Shown: positions 1 through 9,112, numbered from the stretch's first letter. The stretch: DNA of 64,000 nucleotides from Patescibacteria group bacterium (GCA_038065455.1 JBBTQX010000008.1:4257-68256); one strand, 5' to 3'. Made by a program: numbers and translations. The notes: generated by a model from the letters alone, not told the origin.

Positions 1-676
1 TTTAGATATAAGTTTGGCAGTAGATGCAATGCGCATTTTGCCATCGTTAAAAAATTTCGTATTAGTTTCGGGAGATAGTGATTTTGTAGCTCTCCTTCAA
101 CAAACTAGACAGGCCAAAGTTAATACTTATGTAATTGCTCTACCTTTTTCAATGGGGTATCTTCTAAGACAAATTGCAAATACTTTTTTAAATCTAGAAA
201 CTTTAATAGTTGAGCATAAGCCAACAAGATTAAAAAAGAAGGCGAAAATAGCAAAATTTGTAGATCAAAATTATATAAAGAAAGGAGATTCCTTTCAGTC
301 GTATATTAAACTCCGAAATTTAATGAAATCCACGAAAAACAGTATTATTATCATTGATTCATATATAGATGACCAAATCCTTTTAATGATTCAACTGTTA
401 AAACCAGGGATTAAAAAGATTATTATTACTGACACCAATAAAATCACCCCAGCAGATTTTTTTATACAGGTTGAAAAATTAAAAAATGACGGACACTTGA
501 TAGATATTTATGAAAGCAAAAAATTCCATGATAGGTTCATTTGCATAGATGATATTTGGTGGCACAGCGGACATTCGTTTAAAAATTTCGGAGAGAAAGA
601 TTCTATGTTTAATAAAGTTACCAAAGAAGCCGCCCAAAACATAAATAATAGAATGGCCGAAGTGAAGAAAAAATAA
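1..676 (+). CDS. NYN/LabA-like nuclease domain protein, 5'-truncated by the window edge, with a C-terminal extension carrying a PLD/HKD-like motif
   Basis: Frame reads LDISLAVDAMRIL...FVLVSGDSDF, matching NYN motifs (D..ia.D, SGDsDf). The C-terminal part has HDRFICIDDIWWHSGHSFKN, resembling H-x-K-x4-D-x6-G-S-x-N of PLD nucleases with K replaced by R. The reading frame is open to position 1. Confidence 0.6.
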   Translation, partial: LDISLAVDAMRILPSLKNFVLVSGDSDFVALLQQTRQAKVNTYVIALPFSMGYLLRQIANTFLNLETLIVEHKPTRLKKKAKIAKFVDQNYIKKGDSFQSYIKLRNLMKSTKNSIIIIDSYIDDQILLMIQLLKPGIKKIIITDTNKITPADFFIQVEKLKNDGHLIDIYESKKFHDRFICIDDIWWHSGHSFKNFGEKDSMFNKVTKEAAQNINNRMAEVKKK

Positions 677-774
677 TATGACTTGGCTAACAAACCCCGA
701 AGGAAAGCCTACGGCTTCCTACGGGGCAAGAAAATTAGAAAAATAAAGGTCAAAAAAATTAACGAATAAAAAAT

Positions 775-957
775 ATGATAAAACCAATTAACATAACTCC
801 TCTAAATACAACAAACACTCTGCAATACAAATGTGAAAAGTGTGGCGATTACGGAACAATTACTTTAAAGAACATTATTATCAATACTGATAATGCTGGA
901 AATTCATTGGTGCCTCTGGATGATTACGAATGTCAGAAATGTGGAGAAGAATTATGA
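775..957 (+). CDS. small zinc-ribbon protein (two CxxC pairs)
   Basis: 60 aa with CEKCGDYG...CQKCGEEL. Overlaps the next gene by 28 nt, so it sits in the operon. Confidence 0.5.
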   Translation: MIKPINITPLNTTNTLQYKCEKCGDYGTITLKNIIINTDNAGNSLVPLDDYECQKCGEEL

Positions 958-1367
958 ACACGACACTACAATTTATTATTACATTATTACTTAGCGGCGT
1001 TATCGCTGCCTTAGTATCAGCAGTAATGCAAAAAAGAAACGAAAAAGAGTCGCGCCTTTTTAACGCAAAACTGGAGGCATACAAAGAATTCGCTGCTCAC
1101 TTGGAAAGCAAGTTTGTTTCGCTCACAAAAGAAGGAAAAAGTTTGAATATTACGACACTGGCAGAAGTAAGTGCAAAATGCCTTTTGATTTCAAGCCCTA
1201 TTGTAAATAAAGAACTAAAAGCATTTCTTGTATATGTTAGCGAAGTTTATAAAAGATGCTGTGCGCCCGATTATGATAAGAATAAAGAATCGGAAATGTT
1301 TGATAAATTATGGAGTGACGCCGATAAAATTGAGGATTTAATGAGGCAAGATTTAGGATTTAAATAA
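930..1367 (+). CDS. small membrane protein (single N-terminal TM helix), hypothetical
   Basis: Hydrophobic segment FIITLLLSGVIAALVSAV. Tightly packed between the Zn-ribbon gene and hsdS. Confidence 0.45.
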   Translation: MSEMWRRIMNTTLQFIITLLLSGVIAALVSAVMQKRNEKESRLFNAKLEAYKEFAAHLESKFVSLTKEGKSLNITTLAEVSAKCLLISSPIVNKELKAFLVYVSEVYKRCCAPDYDKNKESEMFDKLWSDADKIEDLMRQDLGFK

Positions 1368-1369
1368 AT

Positions 1370-2593
1370 ATGACTTGGCCAATAAAAAAATTAGGGGAAA
1401 TTGCGGAAGTGGTTATGGGACAATCACCACCATCTTCCAGCTACAACGAGCAAGGTATTGGTTTGCCATTTTTTCAAGGCAAGGCGGAATTTGGAGAAAT
1501 TTATCCTATCCCAGTTAAATATTGCTCATCTCCAAATCGAATCGCGGAAGCGAACGATATTTTGATATCGGTTCGTGCTCCCGTAGGAAATATCAATATT
1601 ACAAAAGAAAAATCTTGTGTTGGTCGCGGTTTGGGAGCTCTCCGCGCAAAGGAGGACATTTTAAATCAAATGTTCCTATTCTATTTCATGAAAAAGAATG
1701 AAAATAATTGGTCTAGACTTTCAACTGGAAGCACATTCTCTGCAATCAAAGGAAGTAGTTTAAGAAATTTTGAAATCCCGGTTCCTCCTCTTGCAATCCA
1801 AACCCAAATTGTTGAGCGGTTGGATAAAATCGCCAAGGCGCAGAAATTGAATGATGGGCTTATCCAGAAAACTGACGAGCTTTTTCAATCGCTTTTGCAT
1901 AAGGAATTAAACCCCGTTAGAGATAGCAAACACTCTAACGGGGTAAATCCGGCCGGCCCCGCCGACGCTTCCGCCTTCGTTAAAACTTCGGCGGATAAAA
2001 AAGCTATGGCGGGCAAGAAGAATTGGGAGATTAAAAAATTGGGAGATATTATCAAACCACAGTATGGATACACTACATCGGCAAAAGACTCAGGAAATTA
2101 TAGGTTTATAAGAATTACCGACATTGGTGATGAGGGCGAATTAAGAGATTCTGATAAAAAATATGTGGCCATTAGCCAAGACGAAGCAAAAAGCTATCAA
2201 TTACGAAACGGTGATCTGCTACTGGCACGGACTGGCGCAACGTTCGGCAAGATTCTCTATTTCGAAGAAGGCGAACCGGCAATTTTTGCATCGTTTTTGA
2301 TTCGCTTAAACCCTGATACTTCAATTGATCCATTTTACATTTGGTTATTTTCTCGATCCCAGGACTATTGGCAACAAGCTAGATCGCTGATGACCGGCTC
2401 AGGGCAACCACAATTTAACGCAAATAGGCTAAAGCAGATTAAAATTCCTCTTCCACCCCTCGAAATTCAAAAGCAAATCGTCGCCAAACTTTCCGCGATT
2501 CAGAATTACAAAAAACAGCTTCTTGGACAAAAAGCAAAACTCAAAGAGCTTTTTGACTCGGCTTTGGCGAAATCAATGTCGAAAGATGCCTAA
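1370..2593 (+). CDS. hsdS: type I restriction-modification specificity subunit (HsdS), two target-recognition domains
   Basis: Duplicated architecture with conserved segments IPVPPLAIQTQIVERLD and IPLPPLEIQKQIVAKLS following each TRD, and a coiled-coil spacer. No hsdM/hsdR are seen in the window. Confidence 0.85.
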   Translation: MTWPIKKLGEIAEVVMGQSPPSSSYNEQGIGLPFFQGKAEFGEIYPIPVKYCSSPNRIAEANDILISVRAPVGNINITKEKSCVGRGLGALRAKEDILNQMFLFYFMKKNENNWSRLSTGSTFSAIKGSSLRNFEIPVPPLAIQTQIVERLDKIAKAQKLNDGLIQKTDELFQSLLHKELNPVRDSKHSNGVNPAGPADASAFVKTSADKKAMAGKKNWEIKKLGDIIKPQYGYTTSAKDSGNYRFIRITDIGDEGELRDSDKKYVAISQDEAKSYQLRNGDLLLARTGATFGKILYFEEGEPAIFASFLIRLNPDTSIDPFYIWLFSRSQDYWQQARSLMTGSGQPQFNANRLKQIKIPLPPLEIQKQIVAKLSAIQNYKKQLLGQKAKLKELFDSALAKSMSKDA

Positions 2594-2613
2594 AATTTTG
2601 ATAAAATAAATTT

Positions 2614-2829
2614 ATGCAAAGAACGCCGGTTTCATCAACAAATATTAGTTCAATTGGCTACGATCCACAGTCGGCTACTTTAGAGGTGGAGTTTACTTCG
2701 GGCGATGTGTATCAGTATTTTAATGTACCGGAGCGTTTATATGACGGATTGCTTAAGGCGGCGTCGCCTGGGCAATTTTTGAATATAAATATTATTCAAT
2801 ATGGCTATCGGTATCAGAAAAGAAGTTAA
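2614..2829 (+). CDS. KTSC domain protein
   Basis: IGYDPQSATLEVEFTSGDVYQYFNVPERLYDGLLKAASPGQFLN matches the KTSC (lysyl-tRNA synthetase C-terminal-like) domain consensus. Confidence 0.7.
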   Translation: MQRTPVSSTNISSIGYDPQSATLEVEFTSGDVYQYFNVPERLYDGLLKAASPGQFLNINIIQYGYRYQKRS

Positions 2830-3610
2830 TTTTATGTTTACGCCAAAAACACAAAGAATAAAAGACATCGCAGAAAATAAACAGGAAGTCATCAAACGAC
2901 TTGAAAGTGTTTTTGATGCAAACACTCGCGTTTATATTGATTATGCCAATGTCAGACCGTGGAGTGAAAAACTTGGGTGGCATATTGACCTAAAGCGTCT
3001 CAAACAGTTTTTGGATTCTTTCAGCACTATAGAGGCAATCAATTTCTATAATGGATATCTTGCGGGCAATGAGCGCTCGGAAAAAGAAAAATCAGAAGCA
3101 GAAAATTACAAATATATTCTTCGAACGAAGCCAGTCAAAATACTCAATTTTTCTATCAATGCCTCAAGCGTCTCGTCAGATTCGACGGTTCTTGTAAAGC
3201 AGTTTATTCGCCGCGCGTTACTGAAGAAGTACGAAGTTGGGACAATTGAATACTTAAATCAGCGTTTTGCCGACATGAACAAGAAGGGCGAATATTTTAT
3301 TGAGGATATGAAATGTAATTTTGATGTTGAAATCGGCGTTGATATGCTCCTTGATTGCGAACGAAACAGCGCGGAAACTTTTATATTATGGAGCGGAGAC
3401 AGTGATTTTGCCGATCCAATTAAAAAATTAATAGCCGCCGGCAAACAAGTTTATTTGTTTGCGACAGCCGGTAGAATTTCCAGCGAATTGAACGAACTTA
3501 GAGAAAACGGTCTCAAAATAGTAGATATTTTTGATCTCAAAGAGTTTATTTGTTGGTTAAAAGAATCGGCTTATAAAAGCACAAAAGACCCCGTTGCCGA
3601 GGCCCTTTAG
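2801..3610 (+). CDS. NYN/LabA-like nuclease domain protein (probable start at internal Met, ~2834)
   Basis: RVYIDYANV...CNFDVEIGVDML...ILWSGDSDFADPIKKL are NYN catalytic motifs. Overlaps the KTSC gene end. Confidence 0.75.
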   Translation: MAIGIRKEVNFMFTPKTQRIKDIAENKQEVIKRLESVFDANTRVYIDYANVRPWSEKLGWHIDLKRLKQFLDSFSTIEAINFYNGYLAGNERSEKEKSEAENYKYILRTKPVKILNFSINASSVSSDSTVLVKQFIRRALLKKYEVGTIEYLNQRFADMNKKGEYFIEDMKCNFDVEIGVDMLLDCERNSAETFILWSGDSDFADPIKKLIAAGKQVYLFATAGRISSELNELRENGLKIVDIFDLKEFICWLKESAYKSTKDPVAEAL

Positions 3611-3689
3611 CTCTAAAATCCGTGATCTTACGATCAATTACACTATAGCATAAGACAAAGAAAATTGTCCACAGGTGGTAAATATATGG

Positions 3690-3995
3690 AAATCGAATCA
3701 AAACAACCCCATACCAGTTCGCTACGGGGCAGGCAAGGGCAACCCCGCCTTCGCACTAGGCTACGGACGGGCAGGCAGTCAAAAGTTCGAAAATCGTTGA
3801 GCAGGGCGAGCAAGCGAGCGAAATATAAGAGCGCCTTCGGGCGCTTTTATATTTCCGAGCGCGCTCCTCGGGGTATAGCGAGTTTGCGAGCTATACCGAG
3901 GAGCTGACGAGTGAAGTGCAAGGCCGCCGTAAGGCGGTTTTGAATTTCCGAAGCGGCGACTCGGAGTATTCTCTGAATACCCGAGGAGCAAACAA
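3690..3995. ncRNA. candidate structured RNA or repeat element of unknown class (multiple tetraloop-capped hairpins and internal direct repeats)
   Basis: GC-rich island in an AT-rich intergenic region. Hairpin aaatataagagcgcc-UUCG-ggcgcttttatattt (UUCG tetraloop), hairpin gccgcc-GUAA-ggcgg (GNRA), a long hairpin ctcctcgg..tatagc..gctata..ccgaggag, and a second hairpin with the same outer ctcgg/ccgag arms. Direct repeats gctacggggcaggca / gctacggacgggcaggca. The strand is not determined. Confidence 0.4.
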
Positions 3996-4049
3996 TTTCC
4001 ATCCTTTGTAAGAGCTGTAAATTCTCTCATATTTAGTATAATTTTAGAT

Positions 4050-4358
4050 ATGGGTATAGAACAAATTTCATCAGATCAGGAGAAAAAAGCCATGTTTAAT
4101 GTAGGCGAAGGTGTAATGCCAAGGTGGTCAACTGACGAGAACCGTGAAGAAATGATGCCCGCCATGAAACTGGACAAAAATTATTATGTTGTCGATCAGG
4201 TTGATGAAAGTGCTGGTAGTATCCATCTTAAAGGAACGTCATTGGATGACTGGTATGAAGCCAAATTTTTTGTCAAAGCTTTAGATCCGAAATTCAGACA
4301 ACCTAGCGAGAGAGAAAAACGAGCAAGTCCTGAGGGTTATGATACTCTAGCTCCTTAA
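4050..4358 (+). CDS. hypothetical protein
   Basis: 102-aa ORF with no recognisable motif. Confidence 0.35.
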   Translation: MGIEQISSDQEKKAMFNVGEGVMPRWSTDENREEMMPAMKLDKNYYVVDQVDESAGSIHLKGTSLDDWYEAKFFVKALDPKFRQPSEREKRASPEGYDTLAP

Positions 4359-4504
4359 TGAATGGATAATTCAAGATTAGAGCAAGTTCGGTTATAAACT
4401 GAATCTGCTTTTTTATTCTTCCAAAACCATTCCAATACATTCGCTTCGCTCAGTATCTACAACATCGTCCCACTCGGAGAGCAACGACTTTTGACAATAT
4501 AACA

Positions 4505-5134
4505 CTAACCAATCATCTTCAAATATTGTTGCAATTCTTCTTTTATTTTTTCTAATATTTTTCTAGTTTCATTTTTTTCAACTTCATTTATCTGATTAAA
4601 AGTTTTTTTAAATTGTGGATAGTACCAAACATGCCCCATCCACCCATAAGAAGGAATGTCGGTATTTTGCGGTTTTTCAACTATACAACCAAAATCCGTA
4701 GTGTCCTCAAGCGACCACAAAAGATTACCACCCTTAGCTAAAGCCAGTGCTAAATGATGGGAACATCTTCTATCATCTCCTTTTAGACCGCTCATCAGAG
4801 AAATAAGAGTATCTACTTTTTCTTTATCGGTTTTGGTTTCTCCCACTATTCTTTGATTTTTTAAAATATCCCATTTATCGCCTAGACCCGGAATATCTAC
4901 ACCCACATCTGAAGCAAAAACGTACCAGTCCGTATGTTTTGAAAGTTCCACTGCTTTTTTTCTAGCGTTGGCTTCTAAACTGTTCTGGTCTTCTTCAATA
5001 ACTATTTGGCTCGATATTTCGTCCAAATAATGAATTTTAATATCCTTAACCTCATCCAAGAGGCTCATCATTTCAGCCACCTTATATTGATTTCTTGTCC
5101 CGATTAATAGATCCATATTTAGAGGATATAACAT
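4505..5134 (-). CDS. Ham1/RdgB-family (ITPase-like) non-canonical purine NTP pyrophosphatase homolog
   Basis: LLIGTRNQYKV aligns with the ATGNxxKxxE start of Ham1. ASDVGVDIPGLG matches DSGLxVxALxGxPG. The SYGWMGHVWYYPQFKKTF region matches GFGYDPIF...KTFAE. Confidence 0.5.
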   Translation of the reverse strand: MLYPLNMDLLIGTRNQYKVAEMMSLLDEVKDIKIHYLDEISSQIVIEEDQNSLEANARKKAVELSKHTDWYVFASDVGVDIPGLGDKWDILKNQRIVGETKTDKEKVDTLISLMSGLKGDDRRCSHHLALALAKGGNLLWSLEDTTDFGCIVEKPQNTDIPSYGWMGHVWYYPQFKKTFNQINEVEKNETRKILEKIKEELQQYLKMIG

Positions 5135-5316
5135 TTTCTAGTGTTTCCCTACCCCAACCAACATTCCAACACCTGCCTCCTGCATGCGCAGGCATGGCAC
5201 AGACAGGTCCCACTCGGAAAAACAAAACAAATCTTGCGTCCGGGCGAGTTTTATTCAATAATTCAAACAGTACTATTTTCAACAAACTAAAAATCAAATA
5301 ACAACTGGAGGTTCCA

Positions 5317-5757
5317 ATGAACATCTTTTTTGCTGTATTGCTGATTTTTTTCGCGGCATTTTCAAGACTAATCCCCCACGCGCCGAACTTCACTCCGATG
5401 ATATCCGTAGCGCTCTTCGCTGGAGTCTATCTCGAGAAAAGGCTCGCGCTCGCTATTCCCCTTTTGGCGCTCCTTCTAAGCGATATCTTCTTGGGCTTCT
5501 ACGGCCCACTTATGGCAATCGTCTACGGGAGTACGCTTCTCGTTTCCGTTTTCGGATTCCTAATGAAAGGTAAAGTTTCAATCGGAAGAATCGCCGGAAC
5601 GTCTTTCGCCGGGGCCGTCTTCTTCTTTGTCACAACGAACTTCGGAGTCTGGGCACTCTCGGGTCCGGCTTATCCCAAAACATTCGCGGGCTTGGCCGAA
5701 TGCTACACCGCGGCAATACCGTTTTTCAGAAACACTCTCGCAAGTACGCTTATATAG
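5317..5757 (+). CDS. polytopic membrane protein, hypothetical
   Basis: Four or five hydrophobic helices. Followed by the terminator at 5833..5861. Confidence 0.5.
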   Translation: MNIFFAVLLIFFAAFSRLIPHAPNFTPMISVALFAGVYLEKRLALAIPLLALLLSDIFLGFYGPLMAIVYGSTLLVSVFGFLMKGKVSIGRIAGTSFAGAVFFFVTTNFGVWALSGPAYPKTFAGLAECYTAAIPFFRNTLASTLI

Positions 5758-5832
5758 CGCGACGCTTTTCGGAGTCTATGAAATAGCGGCAAAATACGCC
5801 TGGAAAACAGAAGTAATATAATTCAATACGCA

Positions 5833-5861
5833 GCGGCACCTGTAAATAGGTGCCGTTTTTC
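5833..5861 (+). terminator. rho-independent terminator
   Basis: cggcacct-gtaaat-aggtgccg followed by ttttt. Confidence 0.6.
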
Positions 5862-5943
5862 TATTTGACAAAAATACTGTTGTTTGATAGCATAAGCATC
5901 AGTTTAGAGACGGGGTCGGGTTTCTAGAAGTATAAACACAAAC

Positions 5944-6141
5944 ATGACGGGAAAAATCAAAACATTGACGGACCGGGGGTTTGGATTCATTGCTCGCGAT
6001 GGCGAGGAAAAGGATCTTTTCTTCCATTCCAAAGATTTGAACGGCGTGACGTTTGATGAACTCAAGGTAGGCGATGAGCTTTCTTTTGAGATCGTGCAGG
6101 GCGACAAAGGCCTGAGCGCAAAGAACGTTTCGCGCGCTTAA
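5944..6141 (+). CDS. cspA: cold-shock protein (CspA family, S1-like CSD)
   Basis: MTGKIKTLTDRGFGFIARDGEEKDLFFHSKDL..GDKGLSAKNV carries the RNP-like motifs of cold-shock domains. Confidence 0.9.
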   Translation: MTGKIKTLTDRGFGFIARDGEEKDLFFHSKDLNGVTFDELKVGDELSFEIVQGDKGLSAKNVSRA

Positions 6142-6154
6142 GCGCCAAATCAGA

Positions 6155-6190
6155 ACCCAGCCAGTCCATTGGACTGGCTGGGTTGTTTTT
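6155..6190. terminator. bidirectional rho-independent terminator between cspA (+) and nrdJ (-)
   Basis: acccagccagtcc-att-ggactggctgggt followed by tgttttt, with A/T on the other side. Confidence 0.65.
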
Positions 6191-6206
6191 ATCCATCTTT
6201 CTCTGT

Positions 6207-8966
6207 TTAGGAGCAACCTCCCGAAGAACTGCCGCACTGAAGGCAGGTCAGGCAGGTGCCGGTGCGCACCATCATTCCCCCGCAACTCCGGCAAACCGTA
6301 TCTCCGGCGACCGATTTGACGCTCTTTTTGGGAGTATCGACATTCGCCTCCGGAGAAGAACTCTTAACCGAAGCGGCCACCGCCACTCGAGCCGGTTCTT
6401 TCGATTCCTCCTTCATTTCAATGAGATGATTATTATGGGATTCGCGGGACATTCCGAATTCAGAAAGATCGTCTTCCGAAAGGAAGTCGATGGCCAGATA
6501 CCGGAACATATAATCAATAATACTCGTCGCAATCCGAATATCGGGATTTTCGGTAAAGCCAGCCGGCTCGAATCGGCTATAGATGAATTTGTTGGCGAGC
6601 GCCTTGAGCGGCACGCCATACTGAAGCGCCATGGAAACGGAAATGGCGAATGCATCCAAAAGCCCCGAGAGCGTGCTTCCCTGCTTGGCCATCTTCACAA
6701 ACATCTCCGCCAAACTGCCGTCTTCATAAATGCTGTAGGTGAGATAGCCTTCGTGGCCCGCGATGGAGAATTTATGCGTTTTGGAAATTCTGGTCGGAGG
6801 CAGACGTCTTCGAAACGCTTCGCCCGCCAATTTCAATTCCTTATTGTCTTTGGACTTACTTTCCGACGTATTCAAAGGCTGGGCGGACTTGGAGCCGTCG
6901 CGATAAACGGCGAAGGCTTTAATACCCATCTTCCAAGCCATTACGTAAGCTTCCTCGATTTCCCCCTTTGTCACGTCGTGGGACATATTGAAAGTTTTGG
7001 ATATCGCGCCCGAAATAAAAGGCTGGACGGCGGCGACAATTCTTATATGCCCGCGCCAGGAGATTTCCCGCGTGCCCTTCTGGGCTTTGACCGCGCAATC
7101 GAATATCGCCAGATGCTCGTCCTTCATACCCGGCGCGTTTTCCACCGTGCCGTTTTCCGCCACGTAATCAATGATGTTTTTTGCGTCCGTCGCCGAGTAG
7201 CCGAGCTTCAAGAGCGCGTTCTCCACGCCGGCATTCACGATTTTCATCCAGCCGCCGCCGACGAGCTGTTTCATTTTCACAAGCGAGAAATCCGGCTCAA
7301 TGCCCGTGGTGTCGCAATCCATCATAAAAGCAATCGTGCCGGTCGGCGCAATGACCGTCGACTGGGAATTCCGGAAACCGTGCTCTTCCCCGAGCGCGAG
7401 CGCTTCGTCCCAAATCTTTTGAGCCTCCGTTCCGAGCTTCTTATCATCGAGGAAATTAAGATTGATTTTCTTCGATTCCGAACCATGGTGTTTTATGACC
7501 TCAAGCATCGGCTCGCGATTCGCGGCATATCCTTCGAAAGGCTTCACGCGTTCCGCAATCTTCGCCGAAAATCGATAGGCCTCGCCGGCCATCAAAGACG
7601 CGATGGCTCCGCTCCAAGCGGCGCCTTCTTCGGAATCGTACGGAATGCCCTTAGTCATCAGAAGCACTCCCAGATTGGCGAAACCGAGGCCCAATTCGCG
7701 GAATTTACGGGCGTTTTCCCCGATTTTCTCCGTCGGATAGGATGAACCGCCTACAATAATGTCTTGGGCCAAGATAAAAACATCCACGGCATGTTTGAAG
7801 TCATTCACCATAAAAGTGCCGTCTTCGCGGAGGAATTTCATTAAATTAATGGAAGCGAGATTACAGGCCGAATTATCCAAATGCATATACTCTGAGCAGG
7901 GATTCGAGGCATTGATGCGGCCGGAATTCGGACAGGTGTGCCATCGATTAATAGTGGAATCGAATTGAACGCCCGGGTCGCCGCAATCCCAAGCCGCCTG
8001 CGCAATTTCGGAAAGCATTTCCCGAGCCTTGTATGTCTTGGCCGGCTGGCCATCCGTGACGCGTTTCGTCTGCCATTCACCGTCGCGCTCCGCCGCTTCC
8101 ATAAAATCATCGGTAAGCCGAACGGAATTATTGGCATTCTGGAATTGAATGGAATTCCAGGCATCGTTATTCAAATCGGCCATATTATAGCCCGCATCGA
8201 TGAAAGCTTTGACCTTCTTCTCCTCCTCCGCTTTGGTGCGGATGAAATCCATTACATCGGGATGATCGATATTCAAAACCACCATCTTCGCGGCGCGGCG
8301 CGTCGTACCGCCGGATTTGATCATGCCCGCGACGGAATCAGCGCCGCGCATAAATGATACCGGACCGGAAGAATACCCTCCGCCGGACAAATTTTCCGTT
8401 CTGGAACGGAGATTGGAAAGATTTACGCCTGCGCCGGAACCGCCTTTAAAAATAATTCCTTCGGTTTTGATCCAATCCAAAATTGAATTTATGCTGTCTT
8501 CCACCGAAAGAATAAAACAGGCGGAACACTGCGGATGTTCCCGCGCGCCGACATTGAACCAGACCGGACTGTTAAATGAACCTTTCTGGTTGAGAAGAAT
8601 ATATTTCAATTCGTCTTCAAATATTTGCGCTTGATTCGCGGTCGCGAAGTAGCCGAATTTTTCGCCCCAGCCGCGGATGACACTCGTGACCCGCGTAATC
8701 ATTTGCTTCAAACTTTCTTCGCGCACCGGCGTGCCGAGCTTGCCGCGGAAATATTTCGCCACGGTGATGTTCACCGCGTTCAACGACCAGAAATCCGGAA
8801 ACTCCACTTCTTTTTGTTCAAAAACTTTTTTGTCGCCGCTGCCTACGACTGCGTCGCGTTTCACCCACTTCACTTCGGAGAACGGATCTGTGCCCGCCTT
8901 GGTAAAAATTCTCTTCAAAGGAATGACCTTTTTATCTTTTTTGGAGACCGTTTTTTTTCCGCTCAT
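6207..8966 (-). CDS. nrdJ: ribonucleotide reductase, class II (adenosylcobalamin-dependent, NrdJ-type) with a C-terminal Cys-rich zinc ribbon
   Basis: 919 aa. RNR active-site region NPCSEYMHLDNSACNLASINL and PTGTIAFMMDCDTTGIEPDFSLV. No adjacent nrdB. C-terminus has CRSCGG...CLTCLQCG. Confidence 0.85.
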   Translation of the reverse strand: MSGKKTVSKKDKKVIPLKRIFTKAGTDPFSEVKWVKRDAVVGSGDKKVFEQKEVEFPDFWSLNAVNITVAKYFRGKLGTPVREESLKQMITRVTSVIRGWGEKFGYFATANQAQIFEDELKYILLNQKGSFNSPVWFNVGAREHPQCSACFILSVEDSINSILDWIKTEGIIFKGGSGAGVNLSNLRSRTENLSGGGYSSGPVSFMRGADSVAGMIKSGGTTRRAAKMVVLNIDHPDVMDFIRTKAEEEKKVKAFIDAGYNMADLNNDAWNSIQFQNANNSVRLTDDFMEAAERDGEWQTKRVTDGQPAKTYKAREMLSEIAQAAWDCGDPGVQFDSTINRWHTCPNSGRINASNPCSEYMHLDNSACNLASINLMKFLREDGTFMVNDFKHAVDVFILAQDIIVGGSSYPTEKIGENARKFRELGLGFANLGVLLMTKGIPYDSEEGAAWSGAIASLMAGEAYRFSAKIAERVKPFEGYAANREPMLEVIKHHGSESKKINLNFLDDKKLGTEAQKIWDEALALGEEHGFRNSQSTVIAPTGTIAFMMDCDTTGIEPDFSLVKMKQLVGGGWMKIVNAGVENALLKLGYSATDAKNIIDYVAENGTVENAPGMKDEHLAIFDCAVKAQKGTREISWRGHIRIVAAVQPFISGAISKTFNMSHDVTKGEIEEAYVMAWKMGIKAFAVYRDGSKSAQPLNTSESKSKDNKELKLAGEAFRRRLPPTRISKTHKFSIAGHEGYLTYSIYEDGSLAEMFVKMAKQGSTLSGLLDAFAISVSMALQYGVPLKALANKFIYSRFEPAGFTENPDIRIATSIIDYMFRYLAIDFLSEDDLSEFGMSRESHNNHLIEMKEESKEPARVAVAASVKSSSPEANVDTPKKSVKSVAGDTVCRSCGGMMVRTGTCLTCLQCGSSSGGCS

Positions 8967-9112
8967 ATTTTTTGTTTTTTATCCGACTGATTTTTATTTT
9001 TTTGTTCGTAAGCTAATTTTAAGGTAGTTGCCAAAACAAGCAACGGTGGATAACTCACTAGGAAACTAAAAAAATGGACTTTTGTCCATCCCTTAGCCGC
9101 ACCATGCAACCT

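Noticed and set aside
3890-3960. Possible hammerhead ribozyme (CUGACGAG string)
   Set aside because: The conserved GAAA core and properly placed stems II/III could not be assembled around it. Kept only as part of the unknown structured element.
3690-3995. CRISPR array
   Set aside because: The internal repeats are only two copies each, of unequal length and without regular spacer periodicity. No cas genes are in the window.
3665-4030. ORFs 3665..3907 (+) and 3779..4030 (-) over the structured element
   Set aside because: Both translate to low-complexity Arg/Ser/Gly-rich peptides and overlap each other. The region shows RNA-type hairpins (UUCG, GUAA loops) and internal repeats, so it is treated as non-coding.
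5184-5197. Recurrent palindrome CCTGCGCAGG (also at 17312 and 47079)
   Set aside because: The two exact 12-mer copies lie inside coding regions and both encode Pro-Ala-Gln-Ala in Q/A-rich protein segments. This is explained by coding and codon usage rather than a repeat element.
6183-7745. 520-aa ORF on the plus strand
   Set aside because: Lies entirely antisense to the well-supported nrdJ gene. Its composition is Arg/Gly/His-rich, typical of a shadow ORF in a GC-richer gene.
8967-9112. Cobalamin riboswitch upstream of the B12-dependent nrdJ
   Set aside because: The 146-nt leader lacks the B12-box and is too short and AT-rich. Only a small ggac-tttt-gtcc hairpin is present.
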